The notes under the pieces are model-generated. The model saw nothing but the letters and a program-made list of their open reading frames with translations. It was not told the DNA's origin and did not search any database. A stretch of DNA of 64,000 nucleotides from Savitreella phatthalungensis (Eukaryota): assembly GCA_051599415.1 (NCBI GenBank), contig AP039689.1, positions 1,054,001-1,118,000 of the forward strand, in the 5' to 3' direction. Shown here in pieces: positions 21,548 through 31,863 of the stretch. A program made the translations under genes and the position numbers. Positions within the stretch are counted from its first letter, which is position 1. Each line of letters opens with the position of its first letter.

Positions 21548-22174
21548 CTACCACAGTAGCAGCGCTGGGGACAGCAGCAGTAGCCAGACAACGGCGTAGC
21601 GAGAAGTCGATGACGCATGCGAGGTGAAAACGATCGGCAGTGGGGTTCTTGCGGTCGATGGTCCCTGTGATGGAGACACTGGGTCGCTTGGCGTTGGCGT
21701 GCTGGTAATTGAGCCGACGCAGATACCTGCTAAATCGGATGGAAGTGCCTCGACATGCAGAGTGGCAATAGCATCCACTACATTCAGCGTTGGTATAGGC
21801 GTGATGTTTTGCTGTACCACCACAGTCCTCACGCAGACAAATGTTTGCACTGCGCCGGCGACGACAGGCGCAGCTGATTGCAAGCGCCAAGAACCGGCGG
21901 GTTTGAACGCCGCATCCGACGATGACCACGGCTGCGGCGAAGGGCTTAGCTGAGGTGCTGATGATGGCAAGAAGGATGAATTTGGAATGCTGGGAACAGA
22001 TGGAGTTCCTGATCGGAGGGTTCCGACCGCAGCCGATGTCGCAAAGGGTTTCGCTAGGCTCGGGCTGGGACTTGAGGTTTGTGAAGATTGGTTTACCTGC
22101 AATTGCGATGTGAAGTTTCCCTGCTGTGATTCGCTCCTGACGCCGCAGCACATGAGCAGAGTGAGAAGCAACAT
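21548..22174 (-). CDS. Hypothetical Ser/Pro/Thr-rich secreted, probably GPI-anchored protein
   Basis: Hydrophobic N-terminus MLLLTLLMCCGVRS and an S/P/T-rich body. A small-residue patch (SHASS) precedes a hydrophobic C-terminus AVVWLLLLSPALLLW. Confidence 0.65.
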   Translation of the reverse strand: MLLLTLLMCCGVRSESQQGNFTSQLQVNQSSQTSSPSPSLAKPFATSAAVGTLRSGTPSVPSIPNSSFLPSSAPQLSPSPQPWSSSDAAFKPAGSWRLQSAAPVVAGAVQTFVCVRTVVVQQNITPIPTLNVVDAIATLHVEALPSDLAGICVGSITSTPTPSDPVSPSQGPSTARTPLPIVFTSHASSTSRYAVVWLLLLSPALLLW

Positions 22175-22424
22175 GAAAGTCCCAGCTGACAGATGTCAGT
22201 CGACGCGATGATGTGTTTGAAGAGCCGAGCCATGATATGTACTGTCTGTCTCGTCCTCCTTCGGAACGCACAAGTATGCGCTAAAGAAGATGACCTGTTT
22301 GCGCCCCTCGTGGGTTCTTTATCGGCATGAATGCCACGCGGGTACCTCGCGCCGCGTGTATAATTCGCAATCCGTTCGCTGGAGTGTCTTGCTGCATCCG
22401 GCGCCGGGCAATTTCCTCAGGCAA

Positions 22425-23210
22425 TTAATCATCCTTGGTCGGGACACCTTTCGCTTTAGTCCAGGTCTCCGAAGTCCACCTTGAAACGCGTTGATATAGG
22501 GAAGCAGGACTGTCGATGCCAGGTCGGATGTCCAGGGAGAAGACAGGATTGCCCTCTTCGTCATTTGGAGCTTCATAGTAGTCAATCACATATCTGAAAA
22601 GCTTTCCTGAACCGTCACGATCCACATACCAGTCGTGTCGGTCGAAAGGCTCGTGACCACCTTGAAGCCTTGAATAGATCCACGCCTTCGGAGAGAGCCT
22701 CTCTGGCACTCCTGTGAACTTCATGAGAGACGGTTGAATGTCTGCAGAAGCCTTTGGCACGGCGTACTTCTCCCATTCCAGGATTTCCGACCATGCCTCT
22801 TCGTTGAGGAAGTTGTGAACGGAGAGCATCGATTCGACATGTTCGCCAGATTGTTCATAGCCCTTCCGGACCATCGCGTTGTATAGTTGCTGCGCCGAAG
22901 GGTATTCCCACCGGACGCCGTCACCTTCTTCGTCCTCATCAGCCAATCGAGACTTTGGGATTGTCGACATCTCTCGCGTGGTGGAAAGCGCGACCTTCTG
23001 TTGTTCCGAAATGCGCTGCTGGGAAAGAGCGCTTGGCATGTTGTTCCGAGGATTCAATTTCCCGTGATCTACGGGACATCTGCCTTCAGATTGAGGTTGA
23101 GCAGCCGGTGCATTGCGCAGCTTGGTATGGTCCACCGGACATTTCGAGACCGTCCCCTGTTCGACCTGCAAGGCTTGCGCTGGACGTCTATCGGCCCAAA
23201 AGAACCCCAT
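22425..23210 (-). CDS. CYC3: Cytochrome c heme lyase (holocytochrome c synthase)
   Basis: MGFFWA start, two CPVDH heme motifs, WEYPSAQQLYNAMVRKG, VHNFLNEEAW, PFDRHDWYV and RYVIDYY. Confidence 0.93.
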   Translation of the reverse strand: MGFFWADRRPAQALQVEQGTVSKCPVDHTKLRNAPAAQPQSEGRCPVDHGKLNPRNNMPSALSQQRISEQQKVALSTTREMSTIPKSRLADEDEEGDGVRWEYPSAQQLYNAMVRKGYEQSGEHVESMLSVHNFLNEEAWSEILEWEKYAVPKASADIQPSLMKFTGVPERLSPKAWIYSRLQGGHEPFDRHDWYVDRDGSGKLFRYVIDYYEAPNDEEGNPVFSLDIRPGIDSPASLYQRVSRWTSETWTKAKGVPTKDD

Positions 23211-23625
23211 GATGATCAATACAGTCTGCTTCGATGGGCTTCGACCCGATGTCAAGCTGACGATGCGGTGATTGCTCAGTAAAAGACTTATACTTCTGTG
23301 GGTATTCCAAGATCTTCGTGAAGCGGTTGTCTACAGTGGTCCTGATCACATGCCCATGTCCCGTGCGCCCCGTGCGCACGCAGGTACGCGCATGCGTCTC
23401 CAGCTATCACTGAATGTACAGTACGTAAATTATTTGTACGTACATGCACACAAGATCGATCAATCTTTCCCTTGTGCCTTGAGCCATATACCGCGAGCAG
23501 CACAATCACAACCAGTGAAGACAACAAAGGAGGAGCTCGATGGCCATTACTAGCATGTCCAGTAGCATTCATGCCAAGCAGGCTTGAAGAATTGTCGGTC
23601 TATTGAAGACAACGAGCATTTAAGC

Positions 23626-26600
23626 ATGGGCTTTCTCGAGCAGTTCGATTATCTGCGTAATGCAGACGATTCGAAGCGTACAACTGCAACTCTCGATATT
23701 CTCCGTCATCTGAAAATCGACCGAAGCAGGGACGCTGATATATGCTCACTCGAGCAGCTTGAGGCGGTTCACGGACATGACGTTTTATATACGTTCCGAC
23801 GACTTATTAAAGGCCTCTCATCCAGTCGGGAATGTGCCCGGCTGGGCTTTTCCGGAGCGCTCTCTGAGCTGTTGAGGGCACTTGGCCATGTCCAAATCGA
23901 CCTGATGATTGATCAGATCGTGTCTCTCACTGCGCCACCGCATGGGGCAAAGAAGCAGGAGATACGTGATTCGCATTTTGGACAACTTTTCGGACTTCAA
24001 GCACTCCAGACTTCCGGGCTTTTGGGTGGAGGCAACGCTGGGGATAACGACGTTTTGAATGTTCTTGGACGGCTTTTCCAGCTGTCTTTGGAGCAAGGAT
24101 GGCTTCGAGAATCCTGCTGCAGCGTCATTGCACAAATCGTCTCCAGTCGCGGTTCTGGAAGCATTGCAGACGCAGCCCATGAGATGCTGGACAGCGCTAG
24201 CTATGGCAAGACAATCGACGGCATCGCGCTGCTTGTTGCGATGCGCAAAGCTGGCGGGAAGCGAGAGGACGTCGACTTCAGACATGGCTGGGTATTACAC
24301 AAAGATAATTTGTCCTCCGTATCGCGAATTCTCCGAAAGGCTTCCTCTGAAGGCGAGCCGGTCGAGCAAACTGGCGCAGCCAAGCCTAAGCTACATTTCT
24401 GTTGGCCTCTGCTATTGACTGAGCTCATCGCTGACAATCAGCTTCTCACAGAATTCTGGCGCGTTACGGTTGACGAGGGGTTGTTTGCGCAGAGCTCGTC
24501 GTCTGAGAAAAAGCTGTGGGGTCTGCAACTGCTATCACTGCTCGTGCAAACCGCATCAGCAGATCAGCTTGAAGCCCTTGCTATGCACAACACGATACGT
24601 TGCCTTACAAATCAGCTTGCGAATGATGACCGATTGCTCCACAAGGCAGCGAAAGCAACAACAAGCGCTATGCTGGCTGTGGCACAAGCTGACGGCCACA
24701 AGAGTGGCGTCTTACTATCGATAATTTTGCGACACAACATACTGTTTGACCGTCTCGGCAAGGTAAAGCTTTGCGAACAACTATTGCAGCATGCCAGTGC
24801 GGCCACTCATCGACGCTTAGTGAAGACGTTGATCGATTCTTGGTCTCTTCCTGCCAAGGAAGGAGACCCAGAAAAGTTGCGCCTCGCTGCTGCTGACTGG
24901 CTTGCGAACGTCGGTCGGGTCATGGTGACGCAAGCGAGTGAAAGCGCGACGTTGAAATTGCTTAGCTGGGCTGTGGAGGTTTGCTTCTTCAAGACGCCAA
25001 AAACAAAGAAGTTGTCACCAGAGATTTCTGTACACTCTCGCACTGCTCTGCAGAGCAGACTCATTTCCATAATGGGATTTCTTCTGAATACCAGGCCAGA
25101 ATCAGGGGTGCTATGGTCGACTGTCGTCATGTCTCATTTCCGAAAGCTGCAATCGACCAGTCTCGAGCTACTAGTGGCTCTCGATGACGGCCTAAATTCC
25201 GCCCTGAGCGAAGCATTTGGTCACTTGTCTGTGCTTGAAGAGCGGGCGTCAGATTCGAGCATGGCAGAGGCTGTGCAGGTCACTTGTCAGTCACTTTGCA
25301 ACCTCTACAGCATCGCAATATTGCAGGTATACGCTGTCACAGATGACGCTGTTGAGTTGCTACACGATCTCGAGGAAGCATATCCACAGGTTGAGCGGAT
25401 GTCGAAACCGGGTGGAGCTCATGATGAGCCAGGCTCAGCAGATCTGTCTGCTCTAGTCGATATCATCCTCGGCTTGCTCGCAAGAGAGTCGGCTGTTGTG
25501 CGGAAGCTGGTAAACATGATCTTTAGAAATCTTGTTCCGCAGTTGGATACCGAAGCGATTGATTTGCTCCTGAACGTTCTCAAGGCCGATGAGGAAGGAG
25601 AAGACATTTTCCTTCGAGGAGAGGCTGACCTCGAACAGGACGGACAAGAGCTGGAAGAAGGTTCAAGCGAAAGCAGCTCCAGCGAAGGGTCTATAACGAG
25701 CGACGAAGGCTCGGACGACGACATGGAAGAAGGCGAGGGACAAGGTGAAGACGAGTCTGATGCGAGTCTCGACAACGAGTTCACTGATGAAGCCAATGCT
25801 GCTCTCGATGCTGCCTTACTTCAGGCACTGTCGTCCTCGACGAAGCAAGTACCAAAAGCAGGCAATTTTGAGACTCAAAGCGCAGATGCAGATGCATCTG
25901 ATGAGGACGAAGAGCTGCTCGATGACGAGGCGATGCTCGCTCTGGATGAGCAGCTTGCAGATATCTTCAGGTTGCGACAAGCGCAAACTCAGGGTCGCGG
26001 GCTTGATTCGAGCAGAGGCAAGCTTTCCCGCCGCCGCCGCGAGCGTCAGGAACGCACGCAAAGGAAGAATGACGCGACGAAGTTTAAGCTCAAAGTTCTG
26101 GATCTGCTTGATGCCTGTCTCTCGAATGACAATCCAGCTCGAGCTGATCCGTTCGAAGTTGCGCGACGGGCGGCTCCTGTGCTTTGTGAACTCACTGCCT
26201 CCAGGGTCACCCCGACAGAAGGAAATGCACCCGCCGCCACGCTCGCTTCCAAGGATGCTCGCGGTGATGCAGAAGCTTCGGAAGCTCTCATCAACAAAGC
26301 TCTCAATCTCGTGCGCAAGATTGCGCGCGTGCCGCCTCGAACGCGCCTCTCGGACAAAAATACTGCTTCGACGACTGAACTTGTGTTCAACACCCTTTCC
26401 GTCGTACATGGTATTTTGTTGAAGGGAGGCGCGCAAGCGGCATGTTCCGCAGCGTCCGGCTGGCTTGCGAAAAGCTATGTGCTTGCAGCCCAGAGCACAG
26501 CTACGTCCGCCCAACTCTTACCCGCCGGCAGTAAGCCGCATTCTCGCAATCCCAGCAAGCGTCGCAAGCTCGATAACGAGAGCCGCGCTGATGTTGTGCG

Positions 26601-26847
26601 GAATGCTCGATTCGATGCTGTAAAGCGGATCAATGGACTGTACTCGACGACGCAATTTGCGTGGCTCGCTTCCAGCGGTGGCCAAAGTGTCCCATTAGCG
26701 GACCTTCTTGGAGAGGAGCAGTTGGATATGAAGCCCACGCGGACGCTCGGCAAGACTGTGAAGCAATTCTTCGTTGACTGGCTGTCGCTGGCGCCGACAC
26801 TGTTCAATCTGACGATGACTCATACCTCTACGAATGACACTTGTTGA
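23626..26847 (+). CDS. POL5: Pol5 / MYBBP1A (DNA polymerase phi family) nucleolar protein
   Basis: YTFRRLIKGLSSSRECARLGFS, acidic tract, DDEAMLALDEQLADIF and FKLKVLDLL. Confidence 0.92.
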   Translation: MGFLEQFDYLRNADDSKRTTATLDILRHLKIDRSRDADICSLEQLEAVHGHDVLYTFRRLIKGLSSSRECARLGFSGALSELLRALGHVQIDLMIDQIVSLTAPPHGAKKQEIRDSHFGQLFGLQALQTSGLLGGGNAGDNDVLNVLGRLFQLSLEQGWLRESCCSVIAQIVSSRGSGSIADAAHEMLDSASYGKTIDGIALLVAMRKAGGKREDVDFRHGWVLHKDNLSSVSRILRKASSEGEPVEQTGAAKPKLHFCWPLLLTELIADNQLLTEFWRVTVDEGLFAQSSSSEKKLWGLQLLSLLVQTASADQLEALAMHNTIRCLTNQLANDDRLLHKAAKATTSAMLAVAQADGHKSGVLLSIILRHNILFDRLGKVKLCEQLLQHASAATHRRLVKTLIDSWSLPAKEGDPEKLRLAAADWLANVGRVMVTQASESATLKLLSWAVEVCFFKTPKTKKLSPEISVHSRTALQSRLISIMGFLLNTRPESGVLWSTVVMSHFRKLQSTSLELLVALDDGLNSALSEAFGHLSVLEERASDSSMAEAVQVTCQSLCNLYSIAILQVYAVTDDAVELLHDLEEAYPQVERMSKPGGAHDEPGSADLSALVDIILGLLARESAVVRKLVNMIFRNLVPQLDTEAIDLLLNVLKADEEGEDIFLRGEADLEQDGQELEEGSSESSSSEGSITSDEGSDDDMEEGEGQGEDESDASLDNEFTDEANAALDAALLQALSSSTKQVPKAGNFETQSADADASDEDEELLDDEAMLALDEQLADIFRLRQAQTQGRGLDSSRGKLSRRRRERQERTQRKNDATKFKLKVLDLLDACLSNDNPARADPFEVARRAAPVLCELTASRVTPTEGNAPAATLASKDARGDAEASEALINKALNLVRKIARVPPRTRLSDKNTASTTELVFNTLSVVHGILLKGGAQAACSAASGWLAKSYVLAAQSTATSAQLLPAGSKPHSRNPSKRRKLDNESRADVVRNARFDAVKRINGLYSTTQFAWLASSGGQSVPLADLLGEEQLDMKPTRTLGKTVKQFFVDWLSLAPTLFNLTMTHTSTNDTC

Positions 26848-26924
26848 ACTACGCCGAACAATTGGTGGAATGCAATGTATAACATCTGGTATAATATAAG
26901 GCGTCTCTCATATGCGAGTAAGGT

Positions 26925-27710
26925 TCAGTCGTCCTCGCCGAGTTTCGGAGCGAGGAAGAATCGGAGATGACTTCCTGAGCTGTTGAGGGGATATTCGACG
27001 AGCAAAGGGATTTCCTCCGACATGCACAGCTTGACTGTTGGTGACAATGGGGTAGCCTTTGTGAAACCGGTGAGATACTTGAGAGAGAACGTCAGGGTGA
27101 CTGGTTCGGTCAGATCAATCATGGTCGCTGTCTCTTCCTTGCCCTCGTAGCCGCTGTTGGGCTTGAGAGTAATTGCACCATTGCCAATATCACCCTCGCA
27201 GGAGAAGGTGATGCCGTCCTTGTTGCATTCAATCTTGACAGACTCGCTGATTGCCTGCAGATCACGCGTGATCCGGGCAAACTCTGCTGACGGCATCGTC
27301 ACCGTGCAGCTGTACTCTGTATCGGGGATCCCCAGGTGCTCTTGGTCGATATCCATCAACTTGAGATCGTACTCGCTGAAACGCTCCGCCTTATCAGACT
27401 CGAATTGCATGTTGAGCGTGTCGGGCTCATCGTTGGCCTTGATAGTACAGATGTCCTCATTCTGGGCGCACTTGAGGATCTTACCGAGGGAGTTCAGGTT
27501 GATTCCAAGAGCGATGTTGCGGTCGCATCTATACGGCTCAAACATGTCCTCCTTGAGTTGCATGGCGACAAGGGCGACGTGAGAGTTGTCCATTGCCTGG
27601 AGCGAGATGCCACTGTCATTGCAGTCAAAGTTGGCATCTGTGACGAGCTCCCGAACGGAATCAAGTACTCTCTTGAGCACAATAGCTTGAGGTAGTCTAG
27701 CTTCAAGCAT
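26925..27710 (-). CDS. POL30: Proliferating cell nuclear antigen
   Basis: [43 protein letters not shown], 261 aa. Confidence 0.98.
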   Translation of the reverse strand: MLEARLPQAIVLKRVLDSVRELVTDANFDCNDSGISLQAMDNSHVALVAMQLKEDMFEPYRCDRNIALGINLNSLGKILKCAQNEDICTIKANDEPDTLNMQFESDKAERFSEYDLKLMDIDQEHLGIPDTEYSCTVTMPSAEFARITRDLQAISESVKIECNKDGITFSCEGDIGNGAITLKPNSGYEGKEETATMIDLTEPVTLTFSLKYLTGFTKATPLSPTVKLCMSEEIPLLVEYPLNSSGSHLRFFLAPKLGEDD

Positions 27711-27880
27711 ATCTATATCCTCCTTACAGTAAGCGTCTCTCAAAGATGTCAGATTGAGCAAGCGTTAAAAGGCCCTATCTTGTGGTCACAAAGCGAATGC
27801 CAACTGCAAGAGACAGTGAGCGGCTTCGATCGCTGCGGTGTTGGACATCTGTGGATGGAAAGCAGGGTTTTCCTGGTAAG

Positions 27881-27975
27881 ACGCGTTCATTGATTGCATT
27901 TTCGCGCAACGGAGCCTCCAATCAATTGATCATGCAAATTGAATTGGCATATCAATCAAAAACTTTTAAACGCGA
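27881..27975. promoter_or_regulatory. MCB-like elements upstream of PCNA
   Basis: ACGCGT at 27881-27886 and ACGCGA at 27970-27975, about 170-265 bp upstream of the PCNA ATG. Confidence 0.5.
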
Positions 27976-28294
27976 CTCGAAAGTCGGATGCCTGAAATTC
28001 GAATGCATGATCAATTCAATCGACAGCAAATTGATTGACTGAACAGATAAAAATTTGATCAATCTTAATAATGAAATTGCATATGTTTCTTCATTTCGTT
28101 TATCATGCATGATTCGAAAATATATCCTTCCTGCGACCAGCCAATCAATTCAATCAATCGATCGATGTAACTGCCGGTCGATTGATCGGAAATCAAAAAT
28201 ATTGACAAGTTGATTGTTTCACAAGATCAACAGGAGGCAGGCACGGGGTGCTTGAGGACAGGTCTTCAGGTGGACCAGCATCAAGCCAGGGTCA

Positions 28295-29770
28295 ATGGCC
28301 ACACAACTACCTCCGCCATCGAAGCGCCAAAAGCTTCAGGCGCAAAAGCCAGAGCTCGCCGTTCTGCCTGAAGACTTCCCATCAGTCCAGGTGAAATTCC
28401 AGTCGATAGATGGGCAGCCCTTGGAGACAGTGCTATTGCCAGGCACATCCTCGCAACGCAACCTGGAAGGCTTGCTCAATGCGCTGCTCGGTCAGGACGA
28501 TGACCCTCATCCATATACATTCAGTGCCGGCGATATAGACATAATCGATGGTCTGTATCAGGACGTCTACAAGTCTGGTATACGGTCAACAGAAGAAGTC
28601 CTGACACTCACTTATCTTCCGCAATCTGTCTTCCGCGTCAAGCCAGTAACTCGCTGTACTGCTGAGCTACAGGGACATGGTGGATCAATCCTCTGCGCTC
28701 AGTTCGCGCCCCATACCTCCACCCGATGTGCAACCGGAGCAGGCGACAACACGCTCCGGATTTGGGACTGTGACACTCAGACTCCCTTGCATACTCTCAA
28801 AGGTCACACTGGCTGGGTCATCGGTGTGGCCTGGTCTCCAGCGGGAGATGTTATCGCGTCTGGAAGTATGGACAACTCAGTAAGACTCTGGGATCCGCAG
28901 TCCGGGGCCGCACTTGGTGTCTTGTCGCGCCACACGAAACCAGTCATGTCTCTCTGTTGGGAGCCTCTTGTCGATAAGCCTCGTCTTGCGAGTGCGTCCA
29001 AGGATGCCACTATAAAGATATGGAACACATCACGCAAGCAGGTCGACTTCACACTTTCCGGTCATACCGCCGCTGTCACCAGTGTGCGGTGGGGCGGAGA
29101 GGGGAGACTCTACAGTTCGAGCTACGACCAGACGATCAAGTGTTGGGATGCAAAAACGGGAACCTTGATACACAATATGAAGGGACATGCTGCGCGCATC
29201 AATCATTTGGCTCTGTCAACTGATCATATTCTGCGGACGACATTCGACCCGGAAACCGGCAAGATTCTCACGACGTCAGAGCTTCGAGCACGTTGGACCA
29301 AGGCAGTGAAGACTGCCGTTGGTGGCCCCGGTGAGCGGCTCATATCGTCGTCCGATGACATGCAAACGCTGCTATGGCACCCTTTCAGTGAACCATCGAA
29401 GCCTCTCGCTCGTATGCATGGTCACAACAAGGTAGTCAATTGTGCAGCTTTCTCTCCAGACGGCCGACTTGTTGCCACAGCCTCGTTCGACTCCACCGTT
29501 CGGCTTTGGGATGCCAAAACGGGTGCGTTCGTTGCCACCCTGCGCGGTCATGTCGGTGCCGTCTATTGGTGCGTGTGGTCAGCTGACTCGCGCCTGCTCG
29601 CGTCCTGCTCGCAGGATACCACGGTGAAAGTCTGGGATGTCCGATCGCGGAAGCTTGTCAGCGACGTCGCAACTGCTCAGGCAGAGGTCTTCGCGCTTGA
29701 CTGGTCTTGCGACGGCAGGCGCGCTGTCAGTGGAGGTGCTGATCGAATGTGTCGTCTTTTCGCCCATTAA
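28295..29770 (+). CDS. RSA4: Ribosome assembly protein 4 / Notchless (NLE domain + WD40)
   Basis: MATQLPPPSKRQK, PQSVFRVKPVTRC, INHLALSTD and WD40 repeats. Confidence 0.95.
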   Translation: MATQLPPPSKRQKLQAQKPELAVLPEDFPSVQVKFQSIDGQPLETVLLPGTSSQRNLEGLLNALLGQDDDPHPYTFSAGDIDIIDGLYQDVYKSGIRSTEEVLTLTYLPQSVFRVKPVTRCTAELQGHGGSILCAQFAPHTSTRCATGAGDNTLRIWDCDTQTPLHTLKGHTGWVIGVAWSPAGDVIASGSMDNSVRLWDPQSGAALGVLSRHTKPVMSLCWEPLVDKPRLASASKDATIKIWNTSRKQVDFTLSGHTAAVTSVRWGGEGRLYSSSYDQTIKCWDAKTGTLIHNMKGHAARINHLALSTDHILRTTFDPETGKILTTSELRARWTKAVKTAVGGPGERLISSSDDMQTLLWHPFSEPSKPLARMHGHNKVVNCAAFSPDGRLVATASFDSTVRLWDAKTGAFVATLRGHVGAVYWCVWSADSRLLASCSQDTTVKVWDVRSRKLVSDVATAQAEVFALDWSCDGRRAVSGGADRMCRLFAH

Positions 29771-29777
29771 GCAGCTT

Positions 29778-31658
29778 TCACTCTGCCATCGAAATGTCGA
29801 CCGCTCCAGAGAACCGACTGTCGGTCGCATAGACGTTCTGGACACCTTCGTCAGAGTCTGTTGCCCACGCAGCTGGAATGCGCGCCTGAGACGCACTCAT
29901 GGTGGCATGCGCATCTGGATCCGTCGCCAAAGTTTCAGCTCTCTCAAAACGCCTTTCCAATGCGTCTGCCATTCGGTCGACCAGCAAATTGCCACTTACA
30001 TCGGAAAGATAGCGTAACATTGAAAGCGCCCAACGGCGCGCGGACGTTGAGAAAACGTGCCGAGCACAGAGATGAAGCGCTGGGCTGATAGTCATGACAG
30101 CTGCTGCGACACAAGTATTGTCTGTGACGAAGAATGCGAGCTCCGCAGCATGTTGGTCGGACTTTGTGCCAGCCCTAGTTCCAAGACCGTGCTGGCTGGT
30201 TGACGGGCCAATCATGGAGCCAATTAGCTTACAGGCTGTGACAACCTGTTCGTGAATCTTACTTCTTTGGAAATGGTTCGATTGCGGGAGGAGGAGCAGC
30301 CGAATCATGGTTTCGCAGTAGCGCACGTGCAATGTGATCGAGCGTATGCCACCTGGACAGGTCAAGCCCGGGTAGAAACAAGACGCATCGTGTACTTCTC
30401 CATGGCACGCATGTAATTGCAATGATAGAGGAAAATTCTCCTTCCACCGATCCAGGCTGGACCAAATCTCCGCGATCCTGTCCTCGTCGTCGGTGTCAGA
30501 TATGTTGTCGATGAGCTTCAGGATGCGCAAGAGCTCGGCATGTAAAAATCCGACCCTGTCTGGCGTATCGCTGTCGTGGGACCCCTTAGCAGGGATTGCA
30601 TGCTCATTTGCGGGCTGGGACATGAGTTCGTCAAGACTATCGAGCGATTTACGTCGCATCGAGGCCAGAATGGAAATCTCAGCGTCGTCCTCAGCGACAA
30701 GCATAGCAATGCGCTCATGCAGGATCAGCATAGCAAATAGCTGTCTGCCCAAAACGGAGGCCGGACCAAGTTCACGCAGCCACATGCGAGTTGATGGTAG
30801 GCGCGCCCGCCACGCGTCAATGCTTCCGGTCAATGCATCGAAAAGTAGCATACATGAGCTGGTCAGGGCATAAGCTTCGCGAGCTTCCTGCAGGGTGGAA
30901 ACGCCAGCTGCTGAATCGATCGCCGCACCTTCGTTGCTTTCTCGCTCGCGGTGCAGTAGAAGTGATTCTGCTCTTTGCCTGACGCGGTACAATTTTGATA
31001 CCATACGCTGCCGAGCATCTTCGGCGTCATGATTATGGACGAAAGCTCCAGAACGTACGCAATGAAGGCCGGCGACGGCGACGATTGCCATGTAAAGACA
31101 CGTGTGCCGTAAGCAGAGTCTCAACACGTTTCGTATCACGGCCTCTTGGACAACTGCTGGCTGAAAGGTTGTACCAGACAACCTATCGGATGTGTGCTTG
31201 AGATCAGCATCGCTGAACAGCATGCGGCCCGTGACGAAGGCGAAGTGCTGTAGGTATGTATACTGCATATCTGAAGGGATACCGCACTGGCGGACAAGAG
31301 ATGCGAGACGTGTCATTGCGCCCGACGGCTTCTGCGCCGATGATTGTTGCGCATAGCCCAGTATCAGGTCCGATATCAGGAGGAGTGTCGGATAATTTGT
31401 GTCAACCTGCAGAACGTCTCCATCTGCGTCTAAGATGCTCTCAAGCAGTCCTTGTCGCTTGAAAATTTGAGTGTCCGCGGAGCTTATCCTATAACCTGTG
31501 CCAGTGGTCGTGCCGGAGCGCCGTCTATGCTCCGATGAAGATCCCGAAGACCCGATAGACGTCTTCTCCAGACCCGGGAGTCGGCCATTGATGGTTCGCC
31601 GAAGATGCAATCTCGACAGTCCATCGGCGAGCTCAGAAACAGGCCGCTCTTTACCCAT
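29778..31658 (-). CDS. Hypothetical protein with probable fungal-specific transcription-factor domain (Fungal_trans_2-like)
   Basis: 626-aa ORF. YLQHFAFVTGRML..LRHTCLYMAIVAVAGLH resembles the regulatory domain of Zn2Cys6 factors, but no Cys6 cluster is seen. Confidence 0.6.
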   Translation of the reverse strand: MGKERPVSELADGLSRLHLRRTINGRLPGLEKTSIGSSGSSSEHRRRSGTTTGTGYRISSADTQIFKRQGLLESILDADGDVLQVDTNYPTLLLISDLILGYAQQSSAQKPSGAMTRLASLVRQCGIPSDMQYTYLQHFAFVTGRMLFSDADLKHTSDRLSGTTFQPAVVQEAVIRNVLRLCLRHTCLYMAIVAVAGLHCVRSGAFVHNHDAEDARQRMVSKLYRVRQRAESLLLHRERESNEGAAIDSAAGVSTLQEAREAYALTSSCMLLFDALTGSIDAWRARLPSTRMWLRELGPASVLGRQLFAMLILHERIAMLVAEDDAEISILASMRRKSLDSLDELMSQPANEHAIPAKGSHDSDTPDRVGFLHAELLRILKLIDNISDTDDEDRIAEIWSSLDRWKENFPLSLQLHACHGEVHDASCFYPGLTCPGGIRSITLHVRYCETMIRLLLLPQSNHFQRSKIHEQVVTACKLIGSMIGPSTSQHGLGTRAGTKSDQHAAELAFFVTDNTCVAAAVMTISPALHLCARHVFSTSARRWALSMLRYLSDVSGNLLVDRMADALERRFERAETLATDPDAHATMSASQARIPAAWATDSDEGVQNVYATDSRFSGAVDISMAE

Positions 31659-31863
31659 AGGGAGCCTGCGAAATCATTTCGGTGGTGATCGTCCTCTTTA
31701 GCACATTCTCTGTCTCGACCTTCTCAGATGAACACTTCAACGTGGGGAAAGGCCAGAAGCAGATCATTGCATGAAGCAATTTCAAGAAACGGGTGTCATC
31801 AGGGAGAATTACGCGATTTTGCTCCCTACGATGTGCATGGAAATTCATGAGCGCAATTACGAT

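Noticed and set aside
21447..22271. 274-aa ORF overlapping the GPI-like gene in another frame
   Set aside because: Non-ATG start and no coherent features; the 208-aa frame has signal and GPI logic.
25745..26514. 225-aa and 232-aa ORFs inside POL5
   Set aside because: Alternative-frame and antisense shadows of a conserved gene.
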